This document shows, in pieces, positions 1 to 8,878 of a stretch of DNA of 64,000 nt. The notes below the pieces were generated by a model. The model did not search any database and was not told the origin of the DNA. It was given only the letters and a program-made list of their open reading frames with translations. Every line of letters starts with the position of its first letter. The stretch's first letter is position 1. This DNA is from an uncultured virus (IMG/VR IMGVR_UViG_3300033072_000946) (lineage: Duplodnaviria > Heunggongvirae > Uroviricota > Caudoviricetes), in the IMG/VR virus record IMGVR_UViG_3300033072_000946. One strand, 5' to 3'. The translations under genes and the position numbers were made by a program.

Positions 1-163
1 CGACCTTTTGCAAGGCGCTGAGCACGCCCGCGAACTTGTGGCGGCTCCACTCGGCGGGCTTAGCGTTGTCGAGATAGTCGGCGGCCTCGGATGCGGCGGC
101 GGCAGCCTTCTTGAGATCGGCGGCGAGCTGGCGGGTGATGGCGGCGATGGCGTCGGCGTTCAT
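1..163 (-). CDS. Hypothetical early protein (runs off the window edge)
   Basis: ATG at 163 with GGGAGA SD; reads MNADAIAAITRQLAADLKKAAAASEAADYLDNAKPAEW... with no stop before position 1. Confidence 0.7.
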   Translation of the reverse strand, partial: MNADAIAAITRQLAADLKKAAAAASEAADYLDNAKPAEWSRHKFAGVLSALQKV

Positions 164-194
164 GGTGGCGTCTCCCGTGTGGGTTTGTTGATGT

Positions 195-259
195 AAGAAA
201 ACGTAAGACAAAAAGGGGCGGGGTCAAGAGGGTTGCGCAAGAAAACGTAAGACAAAAAG
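195..259 (-). promoter_or_regulatory. Sigma70-like promoter overlapping a 21-bp direct repeat
   Basis: AAGAAAACGTAAGACAAAAAG at 195-215 and 239-259; minus strand TTGACC-N16-TACGTT upstream of the 163 ATG. Confidence 0.6.
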
Positions 260-267
260 AGGGGCCG

Positions 268-867
268 CTAGGCGGCCCCTTGCCTCTCGCTCCGGCGGTG
301 TCGCGGGGTCAGCGGCTGGTCCGGCTTCCAATCCGCCCGGCGCTGGCGCTGGTGGGCGATGTAGTCGGTCATCGCCGCCAGCTCGCGCCGGCAGTTCTCG
401 GCGCGGCCGTCCCAATGGTGCCGGACGAAGTGCTCGACCGTGGTGAGCCGGTGCTCGTTGTTCCTGATCTTCCAGACCTTGCCGGCGGCGTCTTTGAGCC
501 CGAAGCGGTCCATGTAGAACTCCGCACCGGTGAGCACGACCTCGCCGGTCACTGGCCACTCGCGGCTGTCCCAGACGTTCGAGTTGCGGAAGGTCAACGA
601 GATCGTGGTGTCGGTGCACGCCGCCAGTCGGGCGATCTCGGCGGGGATGGCCGCAGCGTAGGCGGTCGCCCGCTCGATCTCGGCGTCGAGCGCGTCGTGG
701 GCCTGCTGGTAGGGGAGGTAGCCGGCACCGTTGCACACGCCGGCGAAGTAGCCGCCCTGGCCGCGATGCTTGACGACGTAGCCGTGCTTGGCGAGGACGC
801 CGGCGGGCAGCATGTGCTGCCGGCCGCAGACCTGGCAGGTGCCATAGTGGGTGGCGGCGCGTGTCAT
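268..867 (-). CDS. Hypothetical phage protein with N-terminal CxxC/His motif
   Basis: MTRAATHYGTCQVCGRQH...KHGY...GVCNG; GGAG SD. Confidence 0.75.
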   Translation of the reverse strand: MTRAATHYGTCQVCGRQHMLPAGVLAKHGYVVKHRGQGGYFAGVCNGAGYLPYQQAHDALDAEIERATAYAAAIPAEIARLAACTDTTISLTFRNSNVWDSREWPVTGEVVLTGAEFYMDRFGLKDAAGKVWKIRNNEHRLTTVEHFVRHHWDGRAENCRRELAAMTDYIAHQRQRRADWKPDQPLTPRHRRSERQGAA

Positions 868-994
868 GGGGTGGCTCCGTGGTGTGTGTCTGATAGGACT
901 AGAATAGGCACCATGTCCTAACAAGCGGTTACGAATAGGCATCCTGTCCCGTCTTTTCTGACGGGAGCCAGCCCATGGTTAAAATCTGCTTACT

Positions 995-1069
995 CGTTGG
1001 AAAATCTGCGAAGGTGTTGGAACCGCCCTATTTCGTTGGAAAATCTGCGGAATTGGCAAACCGTCCTAG
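995..1069. repeat. Imperfect ~40-bp tandem repeat (CGTTGGAAAATCTGCG...AACCGYCCTA x2)
   Basis: Read directly; a third AAAATCTGC core at 981. Confidence 0.7.
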
Positions 1070-1070
1070 C

Positions 1071-1202
1071 CTATGCCTCGATTTGCCCGACAACGTCCAT
1101 GATCTCGAAACCGGCATCAAGGGGTGAAATGCCGCGCTCTAGCACAAAGACCACGTCTTGAACGGCATCCCTGCGCCACTCGCGCCACTCAGCGAGCGGC
1201 AT
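1071..1202 (-). CDS. Small hypothetical protein
   Basis: MPLAEWREWRRDAVQDVVFVLERGISPLDAGFEIMDVVGQIEA*; could extend to ATG 1261 if the G5 run lost one base. Confidence 0.4.
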   Translation of the reverse strand: MPLAEWREWRRDAVQDVVFVLERGISPLDAGFEIMDVVGQIEA

Positions 1203-1264
1203 GGCGCCTTGCCCCCTGCCAGCAACAATTCATCGCTTGTGGGTGCTTTCGTGGGTGCCATGGC

Positions 1265-1519
1265 TTATGCATCCTCTTGCTCGACATAGCCGACGTGGCG
1301 GCCCTTAAGATCGCTTACGGCGATCACGTGACGATGCGGCAGCATCCCGCCACACGGGGAATGCTTCACCGTGAATTGATACGTGTGCCCATAATGGCGA
1401 TTAAAATAGTCCGCGCGATCAAGCGCCATGTCGTAATCATCGCATTCCTCGGCATCGCTATCGTGCCATGAAATGTGCAGATAACAGACGGGCAAGCGGG
1501 GGGCAGCGCTGACGGTCAT
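1265..1519 (-). CDS. Hypothetical protein
   Basis: MTVSAAPRLPVCYLHISWHDSD...; GGGAG SD. Confidence 0.55.
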   Translation of the reverse strand: MTVSAAPRLPVCYLHISWHDSDAEECDDYDMALDRADYFNRHYGHTYQFTVKHSPCGGMLPHRHVIAVSDLKGRHVGYVEQEDA

Positions 1520-1648
1520 AACACGAAACTCCCGAACACTCTCGATTTTCCGAGTATGGCATGGCGCCACTTAACAGAGTGTTACCGCCTAGAAAAATTG
1601 GCGGGGAATTGCTTCCCCGCCGAGTTAGCACCGTGTTCGGACGGTGGC

Positions 1649-2500
1649 TTAGGCTGCGATAAGCAAATCTTCCGCCATATCCCAAAGGGACCGATTGACT
1701 TTGACTTGCGCGTCAATGGTGCCGATTGGACGCGTGCTAGAACGCCGCACCTTATTCCAGCCGCCAGCCTGCGGAATGAGATGCTTGCTGCGGACCCCGC
1801 CCGCGATCACGTTCTCTTGAACGCGATTGTAGACTGACCAAAGCGACATGTTGGCATCTTCGAAGCGGCGCGGCTTAAGCAAAGCCTGCGGCGAAGGCAG
1901 CAGCCGCTTGTCGTCGTCCGTCACCGGGCCGAAACGCAACGCGTGCGCGCGGGTGGCGAAGTCGCTGGCTTGATCCATGGTGAGCTGAACGCGCTGCATG
2001 TCAGCGACACGGGGCGCCAGCTTGGCGAAGTCATCCACGACCGTATAGGCCGCATCGATGACGCGAGGCACAATGTCCCCTCCGCGATGGCCGATGGAAT
2101 GCGATTGCCAGCGCGAGCCGATGACCAGCCCGTTGGCGCAGGCAAAAACAATCATCCCCATATACACCTGAAAGCTTGACGTGCCATCGTGAGAATTGAC
2201 AATGACCACCTCCGGCGCCCCCTTGCCGACCACGTCAGCGCCCGGCATGCGGAACCGGAGCATATGCTTCTGGTAGCCGCGCCGGTCTTCCTTGCGGGTC
2301 TTCGCAGCCGACACGGAATACGGCTGCAGCCCCTTGGACATGACTGCGTCGACGACATCCATTGTCGTGACGTGCGCATAGCGCTCGGAACGCGACATGT
2401 GCGGCGACAACGCATTGACGGCGGGGATATAGGCCGCGACCTGATCGCGGGTCAGCGGATTATTGAGATTGATGCGGCGGGCAGTGTCGAGATTACGCAT
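1649..2500 (-). CDS. DUF932/DUF945 family protein
   Basis: SRSERYAHVTT...YQKHMLRFR...NSHDGTSSFQ...CANGLV...LWSVYNRVQENVI motifs. Confidence 0.9.
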   Translation of the reverse strand: MRNLDTARRINLNNPLTRDQVAAYIPAVNALSPHMSRSERYAHVTTMDVVDAVMSKGLQPYSVSAAKTRKEDRRGYQKHMLRFRMPGADVVGKGAPEVVIVNSHDGTSSFQVYMGMIVFACANGLVIGSRWQSHSIGHRGGDIVPRVIDAAYTVVDDFAKLAPRVADMQRVQLTMDQASDFATRAHALRFGPVTDDDKRLLPSPQALLKPRRFEDANMSLWSVYNRVQENVIAGGVRSKHLIPQAGGWNKVRRSSTRPIGTIDAQVKVNRSLWDMAEDLLIAA

Positions 2501-2526
2501 TGTCGTTACTCCGGTTGTGATGAAGA

Positions 2527-2700
2527 TCAGCGGCGAAACTGCGAGATTATGCGATTCATTTCAGCCTTGCGCGCAGCCTCGGCTTTGCGCGCGGCTTTAT
2601 TGGCCAGATAACGTTCCTCGGTAGCGGTGAGCTGAGTCCAATTCTCCTCCGGCGCCTTGATGACTGCGGCGATCGGGCGAATGTTGCGGGTTGCGAACAT
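2527..2700 (-). CDS. Small basic hypothetical protein
   Basis: MFATRNIRPIAAVIKAPEENW...; AAGGA SD and its own promoter. Confidence 0.6.
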   Translation of the reverse strand: MFATRNIRPIAAVIKAPEENWTQLTATEERYLANKAARKAEAARKAEMNRIISQFRR

Positions 2701-2734
2701 TGGTGCGGTTCCTTGTGTTGCTTGCGTGAGAAAA

Positions 2735-2772
2735 GAATGGCATAGCGCGACGACTAAGCCAACTGAAGTCAC
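2735..2772 (-). promoter_or_regulatory. Duplicated early promoter, copy 1 (TTGGCT-N17-CATTCT)
   Basis: Near-identical ~36-bp block recurs at 3665-3702. Confidence 0.7.
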
Positions 2773-3614
2773 CCTGCATGGTAAATTTTGGGTAAAGCGT
2801 GAACGTCGGTCAGCACGTCGCGCACAAAGCCGCTCCGGTCACCGATCGCGCGGCCCTTGGCGCGCAACCCGACAATGACGCCGCGCGGGTCCGCTGGCCT
2901 ATAATCGTGTTCGTCGCCATCGATCACCGGATATGTATGACCCTGGATGACATAGGACACTGGCAAGGGGCGACCACGCCGCACGTTGAAAACCGCCGCG
3001 ACGTTGTGGCCATTGACTAGCGCGCGCAATGCGTCCGCGTCGTTATCCTCTGCAAGTGAGAATGTGAGGGAATAGTTAGATGGCAGATCGCGGCGATTTG
3101 CCCGCTTCGTGTAGTCATAAAAGACCACGCGAGGGAATAGCTGCATGAGATTATCCCAAGTGACACCCTGGATAGTCACGGGCACACTTTCGAAAGGAAT
3201 GTCAGACGTTGCGTTGAGCCGCACCGCGCACACAAGCCCGCGCGTCTTGCGCGTCTTGAGATAGTGGCCCGCAATCTCATACGCGAGCACTTGCATGAAT
3301 GTGGGGCGATCCGTGAAATAGGCGCGCGTGCGGTTATTCCGAGCACGGGCTTTAGCTGCCATATATGCCGGATTGCCCGCAGTGTGCAGACATGCGGCCT
3401 TGCACCCCGCCGTCGCTTTGGGGCAAACCTGATAGCCGGAAAGATCGGCGGGCGCCAAGTGCAGCGGCGCAGTCGAAAAGCCATAGCCGAGGCTTTTGGC
3501 AACCTTTGGATTGCTGACCGGATCGGCAAGCAATGAGCCGATTGCGTGACGCTTGTAGAACTCGCGAGCCACCGGGGCAAGAATAGTGCGAATGTGTTTG
3601 ATGTAGCGGGACAC
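2769..3614 (-). CDS. GP88-family (radical-SAM-like) phage protein
   Basis: LHLAPA...VCPKATAGCKAACL, VRLNATSDI, FYDYTK, NYSLTFS, IDGDEHDYRPAD, VIVGLRAKG. Confidence 0.85.
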   Translation of the reverse strand: MSRYIKHIRTILAPVAREFYKRHAIGSLLADPVSNPKVAKSLGYGFSTAPLHLAPADLSGYQVCPKATAGCKAACLHTAGNPAYMAAKARARNNRTRAYFTDRPTFMQVLAYEIAGHYLKTRKTRGLVCAVRLNATSDIPFESVPVTIQGVTWDNLMQLFPRVVFYDYTKRANRRDLPSNYSLTFSLAEDNDADALRALVNGHNVAAVFNVRRGRPLPVSYVIQGHTYPVIDGDEHDYRPADPRGVIVGLRAKGRAIGDRSGFVRDVLTDVHALPKIYHAG

Positions 3615-3664
3615 GATGCAACCTCGTTTGTGCGCAGCGCTCGTTGGCGCCTTGATGCAACGAG

Positions 3665-3702
3665 GTATGGCATAGCGCCACGACTAAGCCAATCGAAGTC
3701 AC
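3665..3702 (-). promoter_or_regulatory. Duplicated early promoter, copy 2
   Basis: GTGACTTCGATTGGCTTAGTCGTGGCGCTATGCCATAC on the minus strand. Confidence 0.7.
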
Positions 3703-3802
3703 GTTGTGTGGTAAATATTAACCTTGGATGTGACTGTCGATTGCATCCGCACTGGCACTAAGGCACGGTGAGGCATCCAACGCGCACACAAGGGATCGCG
3801 CC

Positions 3803-4189
3803 ATGCCTCGCAAGCCATCCGGGCCTAACGTCGTGTTGCCCCCGCTCACCGATAACGGGCGCATCATGTTTCTGGAAAACGTGATGCAGTCGCTTCGCAA
3901 GCGGGGAACGATCGGCCGCGCAACGTTCGTGAAGGCTGACGGCAGTGTGCGGACCATGCGATTTATTATCGCTCAGTCCGCGTCGTATCAGGCGAAAGGC
4001 GACGCCGTCGCCGCGCGAACCATGGCGAACAATCCGCACTTGTTCCGCGTCATCGATCTAGACTTGTACCGCCGGGAGAAGAAAGCCGGGCGGGACAAGC
4101 AAACGGCCATGTCTAAGGCCTTTCGGCAGATCAATGCGTTAACCTTGAAGGAGGTATCCGTTAACGGCGCAGTAATTGAACTAGCTTAA
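3803..4189 (+). CDS. Sm-like/SH3 beta-barrel protein (WYL_2/DUF2693-like)
   Basis: ATFVKADGSVRTM...VIDLD...AFRQIN motif. Confidence 0.7.
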   Translation: MPRKPSGPNVVLPPLTDNGRIMFLENVMQSLRKRGTIGRATFVKADGSVRTMRFIIAQSASYQAKGDAVAARTMANNPHLFRVIDLDLYRREKKAGRDKQTAMSKAFRQINALTLKEVSVNGAVIELA

Positions 4190-4250
4190 GCTTCTCTCGA
4201 CTGTCGCAGCCAAAAAACGCTATGGCTTTTTAGCCACACTCTCCGAGTGG

Positions 4251-4317
4251 TAGCGGCGCAACGCTTGCATGTGATCCCGACGCGTTCGGGATTGCGGCAC
4301 GTGTTGCGCCGCTATTT
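4251..4317 (+). terminator. Long interrupted hairpin (terminator or RNA processing site)
   Basis: TAGCGGCGCAAC/GTTGCGCCGCTA outer stem, ATCCCGA/TCGGGAT inner stem, followed by TTT. Confidence 0.55.
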
Positions 4318-4344
4318 GCGTTGCACAATTACCAGGAGGTTAAT

Positions 4345-4545
4345 GACTGTGCCATTTTAGGACTGTCCCGTTTTGGCACGCCCGTAAACCGCTCGATAAC
4401 CATGTTTGTTAACACTCATGAAGAACTGTGTCGTTTTGGGACATGTCTCATTTTGGGACAGTCGTAAACCGTTCGGTAACCATGTTTGTTAACACTCATG
4501 AAGGACTGTGTCATTTTGAGACACTGTTTCAGTTTGGCACACCCA
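4345..4545. repeat. Three pairs of 15-bp GT...AC pseudo-palindromes at ~80-bp period
   Basis: 15-mers at 4349/4365, 4428/4445, 4508/4526; shared spacer CGTAAACCGYTCGRTAACCATGTTTGTTAACACTCATGAAG twice. Confidence 0.9.
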
Positions 4546-4629
4546 TTTACGGTCTGTTTACGGTTGTATCGGCATGGTTAAAATTCGGTAAATGTCTGGG
4601 CCAGGAAGGGGCCCGGGGACCCCCGGGGA

Positions 4630-4697
4630 GGGGGGTAGGGGGTCGCCGGATCTAAAATTTCCCGGGGGGTAGGGGGTCTCCGGATCTAAATTTCCCG
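4630..4697. repeat. G-rich tandem repeat GGGGGGTAGGGGGTCKCCGGATCTAAA(A)TTTCCCG x2
   Basis: Read directly. Confidence 0.9.
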
Positions 4698-4834
4698 TCC
4701 GCGAAAATTCGATCGAGTCCCGAAGTCTTTACCACGCGGAAACTTTCATGACGTAGCGTCATTGCACGACGACTGGCATGGTGCCTAAAGTGTGCGCCAA
4801 ACACACACAAGACCTCAGAACACTAAGGTGATCT

Positions 4835-5215
4835 ATGACTGCCTCGACTGCCACACTATCCGCTCCGCTCTCGCTCGATCGCCCCGCTGATCACTACGAC
4901 GTTCAGCACGCTGACGGGCTCAAGGATGTTGCTGCCTACCACGAGTTCGGCGGCACGGCGCTGCGCGCCGTCCTCTCGCGGCGCTTCGGCCCGGTGACCC
5001 AAAATCAGGTGGATGGGTTCTCGCTTCACACCGGCAAGGACAAGCGCACCGTGTTCCGCTATCTGAGCGGCGAGCTGTCGATCCCGCGCTGGGCCGTGTT
5101 CATGGCGATCTCGCTCGGGCGCATGTCCGACGCTGAGATCGCAGACGTGTGGAACGAGGCTCGCAAGACGGCGCGCAAGCACGCTGTCGTCTTCGACATC
5201 GAGACCCGCACCTGA
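4835..5215 (+). CDS. Putative HTH DNA-binding protein
   Basis: FSLHTGKDKRTVFRYLSGELSIPRW resembles an XRE-type HTH. Confidence 0.6.
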   Translation: MTASTATLSAPLSLDRPADHYDVQHADGLKDVAAYHEFGGTALRAVLSRRFGPVTQNQVDGFSLHTGKDKRTVFRYLSGELSIPRWAVFMAISLGRMSDAEIADVWNEARKTARKHAVVFDIETRT

Positions 5216-5242
5216 CGTCTTCCTGTCTTCGTCTGGTGTGGT

Positions 5243-5283
5243 AGGCCCTCAGGCTGTTAGCGCAGCCTGGGGGTCGTTTTTCT
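5243..5283 (+). terminator. Rho-independent terminator
   Basis: CAGGCTG-ttagcg-CAGCCTG stem followed by a T-run. Confidence 0.75.
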
Positions 5284-5358
5284 GGGCAAAGCCCGCCCCC
5301 TCCAAAAATGTCCAGGGTCCCTGCCCCCTTCTAAAACTGCGAAGGGTCCCCGGCATTT

Positions 5359-6870
5359 TTATCGGGAGAGTCCCGTGCCTTCGAGCTTCACGGTACCGAA
5401 CTTCACGCGCTTCCTGACGCTGTCCAGATACTGGGACGTCATGTCGACCTGATCGTCATTGCCCGGGGCGCCTGTGTAGGACAGGATCTCCGTCTCGTAC
5501 GCATCGAGCCAGGGCGCCCTTTCCGGCAACCAGACCTCACCCGCTCGCCACATGGGCGTCGTGCCGTCGAAGCGGAACTCCTTCGACCTCGCGCCAGGAT
5601 CGACCGCGATGATCGGGCACGGCGAGTTGCCCTGAAAGAGCTGGATGATCTGCGTTCCCATGCCCTTGTCTTCGATCAGGCATTGATCGGCCTTCCAGAA
5701 ATTCGCAAGGGTCCTGATCCTGTCCATGACCTCCGTGATTTCGAGACGCTCCAGAACAACGTCCGCGAGATAGTGCCACCGATTGGCGTCCTCGATCCAC
5801 ACGCCGATCGCCGTCTTGTTCGAGCGGTCCGTGGTCTTGTTCGCCGTGTCGACGGAGATCGTGATCTTGCGCGCACGCTCATTCGGAGCTGCGTCAAGGC
5901 CCGCCTCTTTCGTCGGCAGTTTCGTGTAGCGTTTCACCCACGAAAGCTTGATCAGTGCGCCTTCGTCATCGCGCGGTTTGCCTTTGTAAAGGGCCCACCA
6001 CTGGCGATTGGGAAGCGTATTCTTGAATTCGAGGATCTCGTTGACCGTGTAATAATCCGGCCAAAGCACCTCCCCGATATCGCGACCGAGAGGGTCCTGT
6101 GCGGCCTCTTCCTCGTTCTCGATGATGCCCGGGAGATTGTAGATCTCCCACGGGATGCCTTTCCCATCCTTATTGTAATCAATGACCATACCGATCACGT
6201 CATCGAGGGCGAAACGGGTGCCCACAATAAATAGCGGGGACCCCGGCAGAAGACGGGTTCGAAAGTCGCCCCAAAACCAGTTCCGAACCTTGGTCTTGAC
6301 CGCCGGACTATCCGCGTCCTCGAAACTACCGATCGGATCGTCCACGTGTCCACAGTGACCACGATAGCCCGCGAGTTTCTGGCCCGCGCCCTTCGTGACG
6401 TACTGACCACGGCGCCCGGCGAGGCGCCAGTTGCCTGCCGCAGCCGTCGTGTTCGAGATCATGATCTCGGGAAAGACCTGCTGATAGCGCGGATCATCGA
6501 CGATATCGCGCGTATGCTGACCGAACTCCTTCTCGACAAAATCTTGTGAGTGTCCGCCGACGATATACCGGTGGTTGGGGTTCCGACCGAGGTACCACGC
6601 CACGAAGTAACGCGTGCAGAACTTCGTCTTCGCGTGTCCGGGCGGCATCGAGAACGTCGCGCGCAGCAACTCCCGGCGCTCGATCGCCTGGAGCTTATCG
6701 CAGATCCATTCGTGATGCGGCGCCGGGACCTCGTCCGGAGTCATAAACTCGACGAAACAGGAAAGGGAATTACGGGCCGCCTGAGCGAGCAGCCCGTAGT
6801 ATTCATTCTCCAGGCGCGTCCGATAGTCCTCGATCGCCTCCAGGAGATTGTCCTGGTTCGTCATGTCCAT
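5359..6870 (-). CDS. terL: Terminase large subunit
   Basis: MPPGHAKTK Walker A variant, GHVDDP Walker B, ISVDTA and DDQVD nuclease motifs; start uncertain (6864, 6870 or 7005). Confidence 0.92.
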   Translation of the reverse strand: MDMTNQDNLLEAIEDYRTRLENEYYGLLAQAARNSLSCFVEFMTPDEVPAPHHEWICDKLQAIERRELLRATFSMPPGHAKTKFCTRYFVAWYLGRNPNHRYIVGGHSQDFVEKEFGQHTRDIVDDPRYQQVFPEIMISNTTAAAGNWRLAGRRGQYVTKGAGQKLAGYRGHCGHVDDPIGSFEDADSPAVKTKVRNWFWGDFRTRLLPGSPLFIVGTRFALDDVIGMVIDYNKDGKGIPWEIYNLPGIIENEEEAAQDPLGRDIGEVLWPDYYTVNEILEFKNTLPNRQWWALYKGKPRDDEGALIKLSWVKRYTKLPTKEAGLDAAPNERARKITISVDTANKTTDRSNKTAIGVWIEDANRWHYLADVVLERLEITEVMDRIRTLANFWKADQCLIEDKGMGTQIIQLFQGNSPCPIIAVDPGARSKEFRFDGTTPMWRAGEVWLPERAPWLDAYETEILSYTGAPGNDDQVDMTSQYLDSVRKRVKFGTVKLEGTGLSR

Positions 6871-7408
6871 CTGCTGGAGCAGCCTCAGGTCCCTCGACGA
6901 AAGCGGTTGCCGGGCCGTCAGGCTCTGCGTCACCCTCGTCTCCAAGGTCGAGACTACCGATATCGACCGGCGGTACTTTTGGCGAGTTTCCAGGGGGAGG
7001 TGCATTGACTTTCGGGACGCCTTTGTTCTTCGCTTTGTCTTCCTTCTCGATGATCCCCTGCAGTTCACCGATCATCTTCAGAGCCTGATTGGCTGCGGAC
7101 GTCTGCCCCCGCTTTCGAGCCATTTCCAGGTTCCGCATGTATTCGAGAAGGAGCCATTTCGTGTCGAGAACTTCATTCTCGACTTTCGCCTCACGGAGGC
7201 GCTCGCGAATAAGGTTCTCCTGCTCTTTCTCCTTCGCGAATTCAGCCAGGATCTCGTCGATGCGGTGACGTACCGCCTTCGCGAGATTGGATGGGGCCGC
7301 GTTCGTATCGCCCGTATATCCGGCCTTTTTATAGGCCTGAACATAGCTCATTCCGCTCGCCACAAACTGGCAGAAGCGTTCCCGGCGGGCGTTGTTCAAG
7401 GCAGGCAT
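6803..7408 (-). CDS. terS: Terminase small subunit
   Basis: MPALNNARRERFCQFVASGMSYVQAYKKAGY HTH; directly upstream of terL. Confidence 0.85.
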   Translation of the reverse strand: MPALNNARRERFCQFVASGMSYVQAYKKAGYTGDTNAAPSNLAKAVRHRIDEILAEFAKEKEQENLIRERLREAKVENEVLDTKWLLLEYMRNLEMARKRGQTSAANQALKMIGELQGIIEKEDKAKNKGVPKVNAPPPGNSPKVPPVDIGSLDLGDEGDAEPDGPATAFVEGPEAAPADGHDEPGQSPGGDRGLSDAPGE

Positions 7409-7460
7409 GTAAGGTTACCTTAGGGTTGCACTGTGACCCTAGATAACATAATGTCCGGAA

Positions 7461-7934
7461 ATGCACAACGGGAAATTAACCATCATCGGGATCGACCCGG
7501 GCCTGGAGGGCGCGCTCGCCCTGGTCGGGCCGCGCGTGCTCACCTGCCGGATGCCAACGAGGATGAACGGGACGAAGCGGGTCGTTGACGCGGACGGCGT
7601 GAACGCCGTTCTAAAAGCCTGGGGTCCCGACTACGCGGTGATCGAGAACGTCTGGTCGAGCCCGCAGATGGGCGTCGTGTCCGCGTTCTCGTTCGGGCAC
7701 TCGAAGGGCGTGGTCGAGGGAGCTGTCGCTGCGGGCATCAAGCCCGAGAACGTGATCCTGGTCGCGCCCGCCACCTGGAAGGGCAAGATGGGGCTGTCCC
7801 GAGACAAGCGGGCGTCGATCGCCGCCGCCTTGCGTCTGTTCCCCAAGCTGGGCAAGATCTCCGCTGACGAGGCGGAGGCCGTTTTGCTCGCCGTCTACGG
7901 CCTCGTCCACGCGCTAGCCCCTAGAAAGGGCTAG
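7461..7934 (+). CDS. RuvC-like Holliday junction resolvase
   Basis: IIGIDPG...AVIENV...GVVSAFSFG...PATWK...AEAVLLA. Confidence 0.88.
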   Translation: MHNGKLTIIGIDPGLEGALALVGPRVLTCRMPTRMNGTKRVVDADGVNAVLKAWGPDYAVIENVWSSPQMGVVSAFSFGHSKGVVEGAVAAGIKPENVILVAPATWKGKMGLSRDKRASIAAALRLFPKLGKISADEAEAVLLAVYGLVHALAPRKG

Positions 7935-8023
7935 GGCGGGCAATAGCCTCGGCCCTACCCACCCTACCTAAAAACCATGAACGCCGTTCTTTTCGCGTCC
8001 TGGGGCCCGGGAAACGCTGTTCC

Positions 8024-8452
8024 TCAGTCCGGGATGCGGTCGAACTGGAACGTGCCGATCTGCTTCAGCCACGCCGTGCCGTCGTCGTTGAAGAAACGGA
8101 CGCTGTAGGCGCCCGACGGCAGGCGCTTGACGTCGTAGACCCACTCCAGCTTGCCGCGCAGCCGCCCGCCCGCGTGCTGGGGCTGGAACGTGCACTGGTT
8201 GATCGTGCTGAAGCCCAGGCGCTCGCCCGTCGCTCTGCCGAGGGCGCAGCCCTGCGCCTCGGTCAGATCCGTCGCGGGCATCGGCTTGGCCGGGCGCGGG
8301 ACGACGGCGCAGAGGAGCAGGATCGCGACGACAAAGGCTGCCGCTGCCCGGGTCGGGGCATCGGACAATCCCACCGCATTCAGTCCCCGAATGACAGCGC
8401 CCGAGACATCGGACAACCTGACACCCTCATCGAGGTACTTCTTCACGGACAT
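8024..8452 (-). CDS. Hypothetical membrane-anchored protein
   Basis: AAAFVVAILLLCAVV hydrophobic segment. Confidence 0.6.
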   Translation of the reverse strand: MSVKKYLDEGVRLSDVSGAVIRGLNAVGLSDAPTRAAAAFVVAILLLCAVVPRPAKPMPATDLTEAQGCALGRATGERLGFSTINQCTFQPQHAGGRLRGKLEWVYDVKRLPSGAYSVRFFNDDGTAWLKQIGTFQFDRIPD

Positions 8453-8739
8453 CGGACGAGTTCCCTTCTTCATGGTCCTGGGTTGACGGTAGCCGTACTG
8501 GATTAACGGCTGGTTGGGGTAGGCCTTCTTGTGGAATGCAGTCGCCATAGAGACACCATGCGTAACACCGTGTGATCGAGGATCACTATGCCAGTCCGGT
8601 GTGGCGAGGGGTAGCGTGATTGTCCGATGTGGTTAGAGAGTAGTTATCACGGATGTGAGCATAAGGGTGCGCGGGGGGCGCCTTGTTTTTTCCTAACGTG
8701 TGCCCGAGTAGCGGTAGAGCTACTTTCCCAGCCCGCGCC

Positions 8740-8860
8740 ATATATAACTGTCCCATTTTTATTTTTCTTACTATTATAGTATTATAATTATTATTCTGAC
8801 TGCTTTTATTGGTAAGGAGAAAGGTGCTAAATATGCTATTATTACTGTAAATACGGGAGT
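8740..8860. other. Strongly AT-rich non-coding island (candidate origin / unwinding element)
   Basis: ATTTTTATTTTTCTTACTATTATAGTATTATAATTATTATT in an otherwise GC-rich genome. Confidence 0.55.
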
Positions 8861-8878
8861 TATGGACTAAGCCGACCG

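Noticed and set aside
4345..4545. Possible CRISPR array
   Set aside because: The intervening segments are themselves repeated and the units are degenerate; no cas operon. The Cas4-like gene is an ordinary phage exonuclease.
6803..7068. Long terS/terL overlap as an overprinted region
   Set aside because: A terL start at 6864 or 6870 reduces the overlap to about 65 bp, and the longer N-terminal extension looks like off-frame sequence.
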